A DNA stretch of 64,000 nucleotides from the NCBI GenBank assembly GCA_963719495.1, contig CAVRCI010000013.1, positions 224,001 through 288,000 on the forward strand, in the 5' to 3' direction. Both the position numbers and the translations under genes were made by a program. A model generated the notes under the pieces. The model worked only from the letters and a program-made list of their open reading frames with translations, had not been told where the DNA came from and ran no database searches. Of this stretch, positions 39,720 to 50,491 are shown piece after piece. The stretch's first letter is position 1; each line of letters opens with the position of its first letter. Source of the stretch: an uncultured Verrucomicrobiae bacterium. Lineage in GTDB: Bacteria > Verrucomicrobiota > Verrucomicrobiia > Chthoniobacterales > JAATET01.

Positions 39720-40793
39720 TCACCCCGCCGGCACCGCCCCCCGCCCAATCCGGCACCGGAACCCCTCCGTCTCGATTCCCGTCCGCGCCTGGTATTCGAG
39801 CAAAATCCCCTGCCGGACCGCCTCCACCCGATCCGCCACGACCAACGACACCGTCGCGCCGCCAAAGCCACCGCCCGTCAGCCGCGATCCCAGCACCCCT
39901 TCCTGCAACAACGCCACCTCCACCAGCACGTCCAGCTCCGGCGTGCTGTTCTCGAAATTCTCCATCGAACTCCGATGCGACGCCGACAGCAACCGCCCGA
40001 ATCCCGCCACGTCCCGCGCCTCCAGCATCGCCACCCCCGCCTCGACCCGCTCGATCTCGCCGATCACGTGAGCCGCCCGCCGCCGCGTCACGTCCGGCAG
40101 ATCCGCCGCCGCCAGCATCGCCGAATCCGCCTCCCGCAGCGAATCCACCCCCATCCCCCGCGCCGCCGCGATGCACTGCTCCCGCCGCTCGTTGTATTCC
40201 CCGCCGCTCAACTCGTGGTGCGCCCCCGAGTTCACCACCAGCAGCTCGACCCCCTCCGGAAACGAAATCGTCCGCACCGACTCATCCCGGCAATCCAAAT
40301 GAATCGCCCGCCCCTCCTCGCCAAAAACCGAGGAGACCTGATCCAATAGCCCACAATTCACGCCCACGAACTCGTTTTCCGCCCGCCGGCATAGCTTAGC
40401 CACCTCCATCCGCCCCAGCTCCAGTCCGAAAAGTTCCCGCAACAACACCGCCGTCGCCACCTCCATCGCCGCCGAACTCGAAAGCCCCGCCCCGACCGGT
40501 AGGTTCGAAGAATACCTCGCCGAAAACCCGGAAACGGCCAACCCCTCCCGCCGCATCACCTCCGCCACCCCAACCGCGTAATCGCTCCAATCCCCCCGTT
40601 TGGAAAGGTCGTCCCCCAGCGAAACCGCAACCTCCCCAAACCCCGCACTGGCAACCCTCACTTCGTCCGTATCCAGCCGCTCCCCGGTAACAGTTACCCC
40701 CAGATCAAGAGCCGCCGAGAGCACCACCCCTTGGTTGTAGTCAGTATGATTCCCCAACAACTCAACCCGACCCGGAGCAAAACAAGTCAACAT
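39720..40793 (-). CDS. galK: Galactokinase
   Basis: APGRVELLGNHTDYN, PVGAGLSSSAA and RLTGGGFGG motifs. Confidence 0.93.
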   Translation of the reverse strand: MLTCFAPGRVELLGNHTDYNQGVVLSAALDLGVTVTGERLDTDEVRVASAGFGEVAVSLGDDLSKRGDWSDYAVGVAEVMRREGLAVSGFSARYSSNLPVGAGLSSSAAMEVATAVLLRELFGLELGRMEVAKLCRRAENEFVGVNCGLLDQVSSVFGEEGRAIHLDCRDESVRTISFPEGVELLVVNSGAHHELSGGEYNERREQCIAAARGMGVDSLREADSAMLAAADLPDVTRRRAAHVIGEIERVEAGVAMLEARDVAGFGRLLSASHRSSMENFENSTPELDVLVEVALLQEGVLGSRLTGGGFGGATVSLVVADRVEAVRQGILLEYQARTGIETEGFRCRIGRGAVPAG

Positions 40794-40830
40794 AAAGAGA
40801 GACGTATCATCGGAGCGCACCGCGCTTCAA

Positions 40831-41100
40831 GGAGCGGCGGCTTCCAGCCGCCGAATTCGACCAAACAACCTCATTGTCATGTTGAGCCAAAGCGAAACAT
40901 CTCTGGCTCGTCACCTCACTGCATTCGCACCGTTCCCGAGAAAGCCACGGCTCGGCAGGAGCCTCGCCCTCCGAAATCACCAACGACGGGGAACGCACGC
41001 GTCCCGCGTGCGAGATGCGGCGTCCCGCCGCATCAACCCGGCAACCCCGGCAGAGCCGGGGAGCCGACCGCATTCCCACCATTGACTCGCTCGCTCCCGC
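40831..41100. repeat. Composite REP cluster (families B, D, C and A)
   Basis: Four different palindromic units stacked in one intergenic gap. Confidence 0.7.
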
Positions 41101-41169
41101 TCGTCTCGCCCTTCGGGCTGCATCGCAGAGCCGACGCAGTCTGCCCCGCGGCTTCCCAGCCGCCGGTGC

Positions 41170-44100
41170 TCACCGATCACCAACCAAAACCCGCCGCCCC
41201 ACCGAATTCCCCCGCACCTCCGGCGCATACATCGCGTGCCCCACCGCCGGCAGCGCCGAGAAATCCCCCGCCGTCTCGGCGCGCAAATCGTATTCCACCG
41301 TCCAAATCCCCTGCTTCAGCTTGCTCGCGAACAGCGCCACCTTCCGGTCCCGCAGTTCGCAATAAACCGGCACCGTCGTTCCGTCCGCGTGCTCCGCCGA
41401 GAGCGACATCCCGCTCTTCGCCTGCACCGCCTCCAACCCCGCCGGCTTGAGATCCTCGATCACGACGTATTCCAGATCGTTCTTCGCCTCCAGCGTGAGC
41501 ACCACCTCGACCCGGTCATTCAACGCCGCCCGCCGGTCCGCCGTCCACGCCACCCGGTCGTAGCGATACCCGTCCAGAAGCGTCACCTTCGGCTGCAGCA
41601 ACGCATACTCTCGCTTCACGAACAACTCGTTCCCCCGCGCCGGAATCGGCTCCTCCAACGAAAAGAAGACCGCCTCCGCCGCCACGTAGAGCGGCCCGTC
41701 CCCCGCCGTCCGCCGAATCGTCACCTCGTTCACCCCATCCCGAATGAGATCCCGGTCGATCTCGACGTTCATCACCCCGTCCAGCGCCGTCGCGTCCCGC
41801 ACCTCCGCGACCCGCTTCCCGTTCAGCGCCACCTCGAACGACACCGCCCGCCCGAGTTCCTTCGTCGTCGCCAGATATCGGTTCATCGCCAGCACGACCA
41901 TCGCCGTGTCCCGCGTGTTCGACCACCGCCCGCCCCGCCGGTTTTTCACGAGCCAATTCATCGCCGACTCCACGAGATCATTCCCCGGATCCACCACCAG
42001 AAGCGCCTGCAAGGCAAACGCCGTCGCCTCCACCCCGCCATCCTGCCACCGCCAGAAAATCCCCTCCGATCCCCATCGCGCCGTCGGGATCGCGTTCGCC
42101 GAAGGCGTCCCCGCCCCCGCCATCGCCGACACCCCGGGCTGGTCCTCCACCGCCACCCCGTCCCGCAAATTCCGCACCATCACCGCCGCCTTCGCCTCGT
42201 CGCCAAATCCACTCACCGCCAGCGTGAACAACGCCCGCCCGTAAGCCGTCAACCCATCCCGCTTCGCCCACACGTTCTCCACCGCCGCCCTCTCCTCCTT
42301 CGACCACTTCGATCCGTCCGAATGGACCGCCGCCAACGCGTGCAAGATCCAACTCTGCAAATCGACGTCGCGCTTCGCGTTCACCACGTGCAGCCGCAAC
42401 CAGTCCGCCCCCCGCTCGATCATCTTCCCTTCCACCGGCACCCCCGCAATTTCGGCCTGCCGCAACCCCCACACCACGTAAGCCGTCATGAATTCGTCAC
42501 TCTCACCCCCGCCCCACCAGGGCCACGACCCATCCTCCCGCTGCATCGCCCGCAACCGATCCAACCCGATCCGCACGACCGCGTCCAACTGCTCGATTCC
42601 CGGCTGACCCGACACCGTCTTCGGCAGATAGCCCGGGTCGATCCCGCCAAACATCCGCCCGACCACCGCGTCCTCGTCCAACCCCAGATCGCGCAACGTC
42701 CGTGCCGTCACCGCCGCCGGCAGGAAGCGGCTCATCGTCTGCTCCACGCAGCCGTAAGGATACTCGATCAAATACGGGATCGCGTCCAACGCCGCCGCCG
42801 CCAGGCTCGGCGTCACCGACACCGTGAACGTCTCCGACCCCTCCCGCCGTTCCGCCGGGATCTCGAGCGCAAACGTCGTCTCCGCCCCGTCCGCCTTCCC
42901 CGCCGCGTAGGCGCTCACCTCGATCCCGTTCTCCTCGACCGGCAGCGTCTTCGCCAGCCCGTCGTTGAACTCCCCGCCGACCGCCGTGAGCGTCAACTTC
43001 GCCCGCCCCACCGCCGCCGCCTTCACCGTCCAATCCGCCCGCGCGCTCGCTTCCGCGCCGACCTCGAGGTCCTTTACCTCCGGCTTCCCCTCGAGCCCCT
43101 CGAGCTTGAGCTCCACCCGCGCTTTCACCGGTTTCCCGGTCCGATCATTCACCACCCCGCCGACCACCGCCGTATCGCCCGCCACCAAAAACCGCGGCGT
43201 CTGCAAACGCGCAATCAGCGGCTTGGTCGTCACCGTCGTCACCTCCCCGATCCCAAATTCCGCGCCCTTCGACGTCGCCCGCGCCTTCGCCACCCACGTC
43301 GTCAGCGATTCCGGATACCGCACCGCCACCGAAGCCGTCCCGTCCGCGCCCGTCACCACGCTCGGCTTCCAGAACGCCACCGCGCGAAAGTCACTCCGGA
43401 CGACCACCGACGGCTCCGAATCCTTCTCGCGACGCCCTCCGGGTTCCCCCCCGAAGCCGTCCCGCGCGCCATCGCCATCGGAGCCGACCGTGCGGCCATG
43501 GTCGCCGCGCCTGGCGGCGTGGCCACGGAATAATCCACCATCATCTCGTTCGCCATCCCGCCGAACCCATACGCCGACGAGGAACTCGGCCCCCCAAAGC
43601 CTCCCCCAAAGCCGCCGCCGAAACTCCCCGCCGAAACGTCCTCCCGCCAGTATCGCAAGCCACTCACCGAGCTCTCCATTCGCGCGTAATCGCTCCGCTC
43701 CTCCCCGAAAAAAAACTCCACCGGATCCCCCGCGTAATCCTCCTGAATCGCCGACACCGCCTCGTCGACGACCCCCAACGAAAGTTCCCCCACCACCGGC
43801 TTCCCCGCCGAGTCCGTCAACCGCACCCCGATCGTCCCGTCCCCACCCGGCAGCACCGTCCCCGGCTCCGCGAGCAGCTCCACGTTCAGCTCCCGCTCAT
43901 AGGGCGGCACCTCGACCATCTCGGTCGATTCGTGGACTTCCAGATTTTGCACCAGTGCCGCCGTCACGAAGACGTTCGGGACGAGCCGCGACTCGATTGG
44001 TAGCTCGATCAAAGCGGCGCGCCCCTCGACGCGCACCACCTTCGCCCAAAACAATTCCCGCCCCGAGTGAACCGTCACCAGCACGTCCCGCCCCGAAGCC

Positions 44101-46862
44101 TCCGTCGCCACCAACACCGGCAGCGTCCGCTGTCCCGCCTCCACTCGCGCATCCACCACGATCTCGACCCCGTCGGCGTGATACCCCGTCAGCTCCGCGG
44201 CCCGCGACGCCGCCCACACGTTCGCCTCCGCCGTCACCGGCGGCCCGTCCCCATCCCGCCCCTGCCAGCTCACCCGGTAAAACCCCTCCGTCTCCGGCGT
44301 AAACTCCACCGTCCCCTCGCCGTCCGCCGCCAGCGCGACCTCGATCCGCTTCACCTCCTCACCCACGTATTCCCGCCGCTTCAACCGCCACCCCGCCACC
44401 CCGCTCGGCGGAAAAACCCCGCGCCGCAACTCCGCCAGCTCGTTCCCCGTCACCTCGCGCCCTTTGGGATCCAGCCACACCTCGACCCACCGCTCCCGCG
44501 ACACCGTCACCGTCCCCTTCGCCACCACCGCCCCGCCATTCGCATCCTCCGCCGAGATTTCCACCGTCACCGGATCCGCCGGAGAAACCACCCGCCGCCC
44601 CGCCGTCAGGTCCACGAAATACCCCTGCCGCGCCACGACGACCGAAGCCGTCCCCACGACCTCACGCCCCGTCGCGTCCACCACCCGCGCCTCGACCGTG
44701 TATTCCAATCCCGTCGGCGAATCGATCGGCGTCGCGATCTCGATCCGCGCCTTCCCGTCCGGACCCGTCCGCAAAGTCTCCTCGCGAATCACCCGCCCCG
44801 GCCGGGGGTTCGGTCGCGAGACGTACCTGCCGCCCCGCCGCCCCCGCAAGCCTCGGCGGGGGACCCAGCGATCCCACGAACTCTCCCGCACCACCACCTT
44901 CACTTCCGCGTCCGACACCGCCCCGCCAAAATAATACTCCGCCCCAATCTCCACCCCGACCGCATCCCCGAGCCGCACCGCCCCGGACTTCGCCGGGATC
45001 GCGACCGCAACCTTGTATTCCGGCAGCCGGTATTCTTCCAACCGGAAGAGAACGTCCCCACCCACCACCTGATCCGCATCCGAAAACCGCACCGAATATT
45101 CCCCCAACGGCATCTCCGCGGTCGGCCGAAACTCCCCCCAGGCCGTCCCATAATCCGTCAACTTCACCTCGCCATCCGACACCGTCTCGCCCATCGGATC
45201 GACCACCTCGAACCGCACCGTCGCCCCGCCCGGCGTCACCAACTCACCCCCGTCCCGTTTCCGCCCAATCAATTTCCACCGCACGATTTCCCCCGGTCGC
45301 GTCGCCGACCGGTCCGCGTAGACCATGATCGCCCAAGGCGCGGCGTCCCCGCCCGAATAGCTCCCGCCCCGGTTCACCACGACCGGCTGACCATCCGCCA
45401 CCCCCAACAAAATCAACCGCGTCCGCCCATCGCCGTCCTTCGCGCCCAAATCAAACCGCACCGGAGCGCCCTCCGCCGCATCCAACGCGGGCACCTTCGT
45501 CCACCGCCAATCCCGCTGCACCGTCCGTCCCCGCCACAGCGTGAGACCTTCGGCGGGCAACTCCGTTCCCACCCGCGAATCGGCGACCATCACCACCGCG
45601 GCGTCCCCGACCGTTTGCATCAGCGCCGTCGCCCCGCTCACCGTGACCAACGCCCGGTCCGTCAATTTCCCGCCCGCCGCCACCACCAGATACGTCCCCG
45701 CCTCGCCCGCCCCCGGCACCACCGACTCCGTCCGCTCGTTCACCCGCGATGCCTTGCCCCCGACCGTCCACCGCCCCACCTCCGCCGCCCCATCCAGACT
45801 CACTGCATTCAACCACCCGTCGGCGTCCGTCCTTTTCGTCGGCCGAAACGCCGACCCGAGATCGACCCGGTAGGCCACGAGCTCCACCTTCCCGACGTTC
45901 CGCCAGCTCACCGTCACCCGCGGCTCGTCGCCCGGCAGGTAGAGGTAACTCGTCTCCACGTTCAGCGTAGCCCGCGTGATCTCATCGATCTTCCGCTCCG
46001 CCTGCTCGGTGAACTCCGATTTTCCCTTCGGAAATTCCTTCACGAACTGCCGATAGAGCTCGAGCGCCCGGTCGTAATCCGGCGACACCACCAACCCGCC
46101 GTCATCCGTCCATTCACTCTTCCCCGCCCGCTCGTTCCACTCCGCCAACTGAAACAGCGCCGCCTCGTAAACCGCCGTCGTCGGCCCGTCCGCCAACGCC
46201 GCCTCCCACTCCGCCCCCGCCCGTCGCTGCGAAAACGGATCCCCGCTCTGCCGCCAGTAGTGTTCACCCAAAAAATAATGCGCCCGCGCCCGGTTCTCCG
46301 GCGTCACCGCGATCTCCAACGCGTTGGCCAGCACGTCCAACGGCACGTTCCACCCGTAATTCCGCTCCATCGGCGGCCCCGTCGCCTTCCACACGATCCC
46401 CAGATAGCGCCCACGCGCCACGTCCAGATCCGTCGCCGCCGACCACTTCGCCAACGCCCGCTCATAGAACGGCCACGCCGCCGACCAATTCGCCCCGCCC
46501 GGACCCGGCACCAACCACGAATCCCCCAGCGACTCGAGCGCCTCCACCGCGTAAGCGTCATCCGGGTCCGCCTCCACGAGCGCCGCCAATTGCTCCCGCG
46601 ACGCCGTCACCGCCGCCGCGTCCGGCCCGCTGCGCCACCGCGAATCCGCCAAGTAAAAATCCAGCGTCCGCCGCTCCCCCGGCGGCACGTCCATCGCCGC
46701 CGCCTTCGACCAGGCCTCGTAAGCCAACCCGTAGGATTTTTCGGAGTAAAACTTCGCCCCCGCGAGCTTCAGATCCTCGAACGAATCCTGACCCCACCCG
46801 ACCCCCGCCGAACCCAGAAAAACAACCCAAACAACGAGAAATCCAAGGAAAAGCCGCGCCAT
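41170..46862 (-). pseudogene. Alpha-2-macroglobulin family protein split by one frameshift (ORFs 43353-46862 and 41170-43407)
   Basis: Signal peptide, MG domains (YADRS..RPGE, EEYRLPEY, GVVDEAV), VRSDF..AFW and thioester YGCVEQ; frames join by +1 G at the G7 tract 43446-43452. Confidence 0.85.
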
Positions 46863-47151
46863 GACAGCATCCTAACGGACAACCAGCCCAACCGACTCAA
46901 AAAAAGATCAACAAAAACGCGGCAAAGCCGCGCCCTCGTCCAAAACCAGGTAGGGTAGCCGCGCCGCCGGGTTCCGTGACATTCTCCACCGCCCGCCCGA
47001 AAAACCCCGGCACCCCGCCACGCCACGCACCCCCGAGCATACCGAAACCGCCCCAAAAGCCCTCCACAACCCATAACCAAAGTCGAAACCCGGCGGCGCG
47101 GCCTCCCTACCCTCCCCCAACGACGACGCTCACGCGCCAGGTGCCGCCGCG

Positions 47152-48204
47152 CTACTTCTTCTCTTCCGCGAGGATCGCCTTCACCTTCGCCTCGATCTCC
47201 GCCGTCAGCGCCTCGTCCTCACGCAACGCCTGCTTCGCCGCGTCGCGACCCTGCGCCAGCTGCGTCCCGTTGTAACTCAACCACGACCCACGTTTCTCCA
47301 GCACGTTCTTCTCGATGGCCAGATCCAGCAACGACCCAATACTCGAGATCCCCTCGCTATACATGATGTCGAACTCCGCTTCCGTGAACGGCGGTGCCAC
47401 CTTGTTCTTCACGATCTTGAGCCGCGTTCGGTTCCCCGTGACCGTGCCATCGCTCGTTTTGATCGCGCCAATGCGCCGGATGTCGCACCGCACACTCGAG
47501 TAAAATTTCAGCGCCCGACCGCCCGGCTGCGTCTCCGGGTTGCCAAACATCACGCCGATTTTCTCACGAATCTGATTCGTAAAGATCACGACCGTCTGAG
47601 CCTTCGCGATGAACGAAGTCAATTTCCGCATCGCCGCGCTCATCAACCGAGCCTGCGCGCCAACGGTGGAATCGCCGATCTCGCCTTCCAGTTCCGCCTT
47701 CGTCACCAAAGCCGCCACCGAATCCAGCACGATCACGTCCAAAGCGTTCGAGCGCACCAATGTCTCCACGATCCGCAACGCCTCCTCGCCCGAACTCGGC
47801 TGCGAGACCAGCAAATCGTCCAGATTGACCCCCAATTTCCGCGCGTATTCCGGATCGAGCGCGTGCTCCACGTCCACGAAACCCGCCAGCCCACCGCGCT
47901 TCTGCGCCTGAGCGATCACGGTCAGGGTCAGCGTCGTCTTACCCGAGGATTCCGGCCCGTAAACTTCCACGATCCGCCCGCGCGGAAACCCCCCCACGCC
48001 AAGCGCCCGGTCGATGAGAATATTGCCCGTCGGAATGACGTCCACCTCCGAGCGTTTCGAGTCGCCCAGTCGCCGAATCGCCTCGTCCCCGTAGTCCTTG
48101 GCGATCTGTTGGATGGCCAAATCCAGGTTCCTATGCTTCGCGGCCATGACCTTCTCCATCGCCTTATCATCCACCGTCGCCACTGCCGTTTCCGCTTTAG
48201 CCAT
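47152..48204 (-). CDS. recA: Recombinase A
   Basis: [28 protein letters not shown] and [10 protein letters not shown] motifs. Confidence 0.98.
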   Translation of the reverse strand: MAKAETAVATVDDKAMEKVMAAKHRNLDLAIQQIAKDYGDEAIRRLGDSKRSEVDVIPTGNILIDRALGVGGFPRGRIVEVYGPESSGKTTLTLTVIAQAQKRGGLAGFVDVEHALDPEYARKLGVNLDDLLVSQPSSGEEALRIVETLVRSNALDVIVLDSVAALVTKAELEGEIGDSTVGAQARLMSAAMRKLTSFIAKAQTVVIFTNQIREKIGVMFGNPETQPGGRALKFYSSVRCDIRRIGAIKTSDGTVTGNRTRLKIVKNKVAPPFTEAEFDIMYSEGISSIGSLLDLAIEKNVLEKRGSWLSYNGTQLAQGRDAAKQALREDEALTAEIEAKVKAILAEEKK

Positions 48205-48250
48205 AAGCTTGGCAAGCTAGGACCCCCCGGTAATCACGGGAAGCAATTTC

Positions 48251-48320
48251 GAACCGCGAATGGACGCCAATGAACGCGAATCATTCATTCCTGCCGTTCA
48301 TTCGCGTCCATTCGCGGTTC
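48251..48320. repeat. Inverted array of 9-mer repeats
   Basis: GAACCGCGAATGGACGCCAATGAAC ... GTTCATTCGCGTCCATTCGCGGTTC. Confidence 0.75.
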
Positions 48321-48327
48321 CTAACCC

Positions 48328-49239
48328 TCACATCACCCACCGCTCCCCATCCTCCGCCAATCGCACCCCCAGCCGCTCGACCGCCATCCGAGCCTCCGAG
48401 TCCATCCTCAAAACGGGATTCGTGTTGTTCACGTGCAGGTAAGCGCATTCCCCCGGCAACCCCGCCAGCACCGCCAAGCTCCCGTCCACCCCACTCATCG
48501 GCACGTGCCCCATCGCCGCGGCATCCCGGTCCGAAAACCCCAGCGCCACCATCTCATCCGCCGTCCAGAACGTCCCGTCGAAGAAAACCCGGTCGCACCC
48601 CCGCAACACCTCGACCAGCTCCGAGTCGACCACCGCCACGTCCGGAAAAACCCCCGCCACGGCCCCGTCGGCACCCTCGCGAAACAAATACCCAACCGCG
48701 TGAGCTCCCGCCGCCGCGTCCTCGCCAGCCCACCGCGGCGCATCCGTCCCCCGCAAAGCCACCACCCGCACCTGCAAACCTCCCCCCAGATCCATCCAAT
48801 CGTCACCCGCCTCGCACCAGCGCACGCCGCCGAAAGACGCGAGCACGCGCTCGATCCCGATCCCCTCGACGACCGACCGCCGCACGTCGGATGGAGCCCA
48901 CACCACCAGTTCCTCCGCCCCCTCCCGGAGCGCGAAGAGCCCCAGGCAATGATCCAAATCCGCGTTCGTCAGCAGCACCCCGGCAACCGGCGAATTCCGC
49001 CCGCCGCCCGCCGCATCAGCGCCGGCTCCGCACCGCAGGAACCGCTCGATCTGCCGCCCCGCGTCCGGCGAAGCGTTCACCAAAAACCAACGTCGGCCAT
49101 CCGCCGACACCGCCAGCGAACTCTGCAACCGCGGCTCCACGCCCGAGCCCGGCGTCCGAGCCAGCCCGCAATTCACGCACCCGCAATTCCACTGCGGAAA
49201 CCCACCCCCCGCGGCCGTCCCGAGAACAACGACCTCCAC
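48328..49239 (-). CDS. pqqB: PQQ biosynthesis protein PqqB
   Basis: LGTAAGGGFPQWNCGCVNC, NASPD, TNADLDH, DGTFW, MGH and HVNNTNP motifs. Confidence 0.92.
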   Translation of the reverse strand: MEVVVLGTAAGGGFPQWNCGCVNCGLARTPGSGVEPRLQSSLAVSADGRRWFLVNASPDAGRQIERFLRCGAGADAAGGGRNSPVAGVLLTNADLDHCLGLFALREGAEELVVWAPSDVRRSVVEGIGIERVLASFGGVRWCEAGDDWMDLGGGLQVRVVALRGTDAPRWAGEDAAAGAHAVGYLFREGADGAVAGVFPDVAVVDSELVEVLRGCDRVFFDGTFWTADEMVALGFSDRDAAAMGHVPMSGVDGSLAVLAGLPGECAYLHVNNTNPVLRMDSEARMAVERLGVRLAEDGERWVM

Positions 49240-49262
49240 GTCGACCGGTCAGTCGAACCGAT

Positions 49263-49370
49263 CTACCGCAACGCCGCGTAGAGCGAGACTTCGAAGAAAA
49301 TCGGCACGTCCTTGAGCTTCGGAGTCGTCCAGACCCGCTTCACCTTCGTCGCAGTGGGAATCGCTTTCAT
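49263..49370 (-). CDS. pqqA: PQQ precursor peptide PqqA (35 aa, absent from the ORF track)
   Basis: MKAIPTATKVKRVWTTPKLKDVPIFFEVSLYAALR: W-x-x-P and E-x3-Y motifs, 23 nt upstream of pqqB. Confidence 0.85.
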   Translation of the reverse strand: MKAIPTATKVKRVWTTPKLKDVPIFFEVSLYAALR

Positions 49371-49427
49371 GCCGGGAACCATACGCCAATCCGGACCCGG
49401 CGCCACCCGAATTTCACCGGCTCCGCG

Positions 49428-50075
49428 TCAGCGCAGCCACGCCCCGAGATCCAACTCCTCCATCGAACCCAACAACAGATCCGCCTCGCTCAGATCCAGG
49501 TGCCGTGTCATCTCATTCGGAATCGCCACGCAGAAAAGCCCCGCCGCCCGCGCCGCCCGCAAGCCATTCAACGAATCTTCCAGCGCCATCGCGTCCCCCG
49601 GCGCCACCCCCAACGCCGCCACCGCCCGTTGGTAAAGCTCAGGGTGCGGTTTCACTTCGGCAACCAAATCCCCAGTCTGAATCGTCTCGAAAAAGTCCGC
49701 CACCCCCAGTCGACGCAGATTCGGCCCGACCCATTCCGCCGACGAGCTCGAAGCCAGGCCGATCCGAAGTCCCAGCCGCCGCGCCTCCTCGAATGTGGCA
49801 AGAACACCCGGCCGGAGCGTCTCCCGCGCGATCATCTCCCGGTTACGAATTTTCCGGGCCGCCGCGACGTCGGCGCGGTCGAGCGCCGCTCCGATCAGCT
49901 CCTCCAAGTGACCATGCGGATCGAAGACCGACCCCGTCCCGATGCAAGGCAACCAATCCTCGAGCGCCAACTCCACGCCATGCCTGCGATAAACCTCCTG
50001 CCAGGCGAGGAACTCCGGCGTCTCCGTGTCCAGAATCAACCCATCGAAATCAAAAACCACCGCTCGTAAATTCAC
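49428..50075 (-). CDS. HAD-superfamily phosphatase (IA)
   Basis: FDFDGLILDTE, LASSS, KPHP and EDS motifs. Confidence 0.9.
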   Translation of the reverse strand: MNLRAVVFDFDGLILDTETPEFLAWQEVYRRHGVELALEDWLPCIGTGSVFDPHGHLEELIGAALDRADVAAARKIRNREMIARETLRPGVLATFEEARRLGLRIGLASSSSAEWVGPNLRRLGVADFFETIQTGDLVAEVKPHPELYQRAVAALGVAPGDAMALEDSLNGLRAARAAGLFCVAIPNEMTRHLDLSEADLLLGSMEELDLGAWLR

Positions 50076-50169
50076 CCATCGACCCTAAGTCCTAAAAGCG
50101 AGACTTGGGAATCCCGCTCAACCGGCTCGATTTCGGGATCAATCAGTCTAGACTCCGCAAGACCACCCG

Positions 50170-50416
50170 ATGCCGAAGGCATAAAAGCTTGGTAGCCGGG
50201 GGTCGAGCGAGGAACGAGCGACACCCCCGGTCACCATCCCTAATGAGCATCGCACCCCGAATGGGGTGCCAGCCGGTCAACCATCCTCGAGAATTTCCGA
50301 TCGCTCACTCGCGCGGCTGCGACTCCTCCGGAGTCGATCATCTTCTGATCAAGGTCCGGGGATAGTCACTCGTTCCTCGCTCACCTCCCGGCTACCGGCT
50401 TTCATGCCTCCGGCAT
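50170..50416. repeat. About 250-bp foldback (REPIN/MITE-like) element
   Basis: ATGCCGAAGGCATAAAAGCTTGGTAGCCGGGGGTCGAGCGAGGAACGAG... inverted against ...CTCGTTCCTCGCTCACCTCCCGGCTACCGGCTTTCATGCCTCCGGCAT. Confidence 0.75.
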
Positions 50417-50491
50417 AAAATTCGGGCGCACCGCCAAGCCTCATCAATTTTCCCCGTAACGTTCCCGCCCCGTTGCTTCTGAGGTAGGAGT

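Noticed and set aside
43708..43715. A8 tract in the A2M gene as the frameshift site
   Set aside because: The upstream frame continues with plausible A2M and bait sequence past it; the G7 tract fits better
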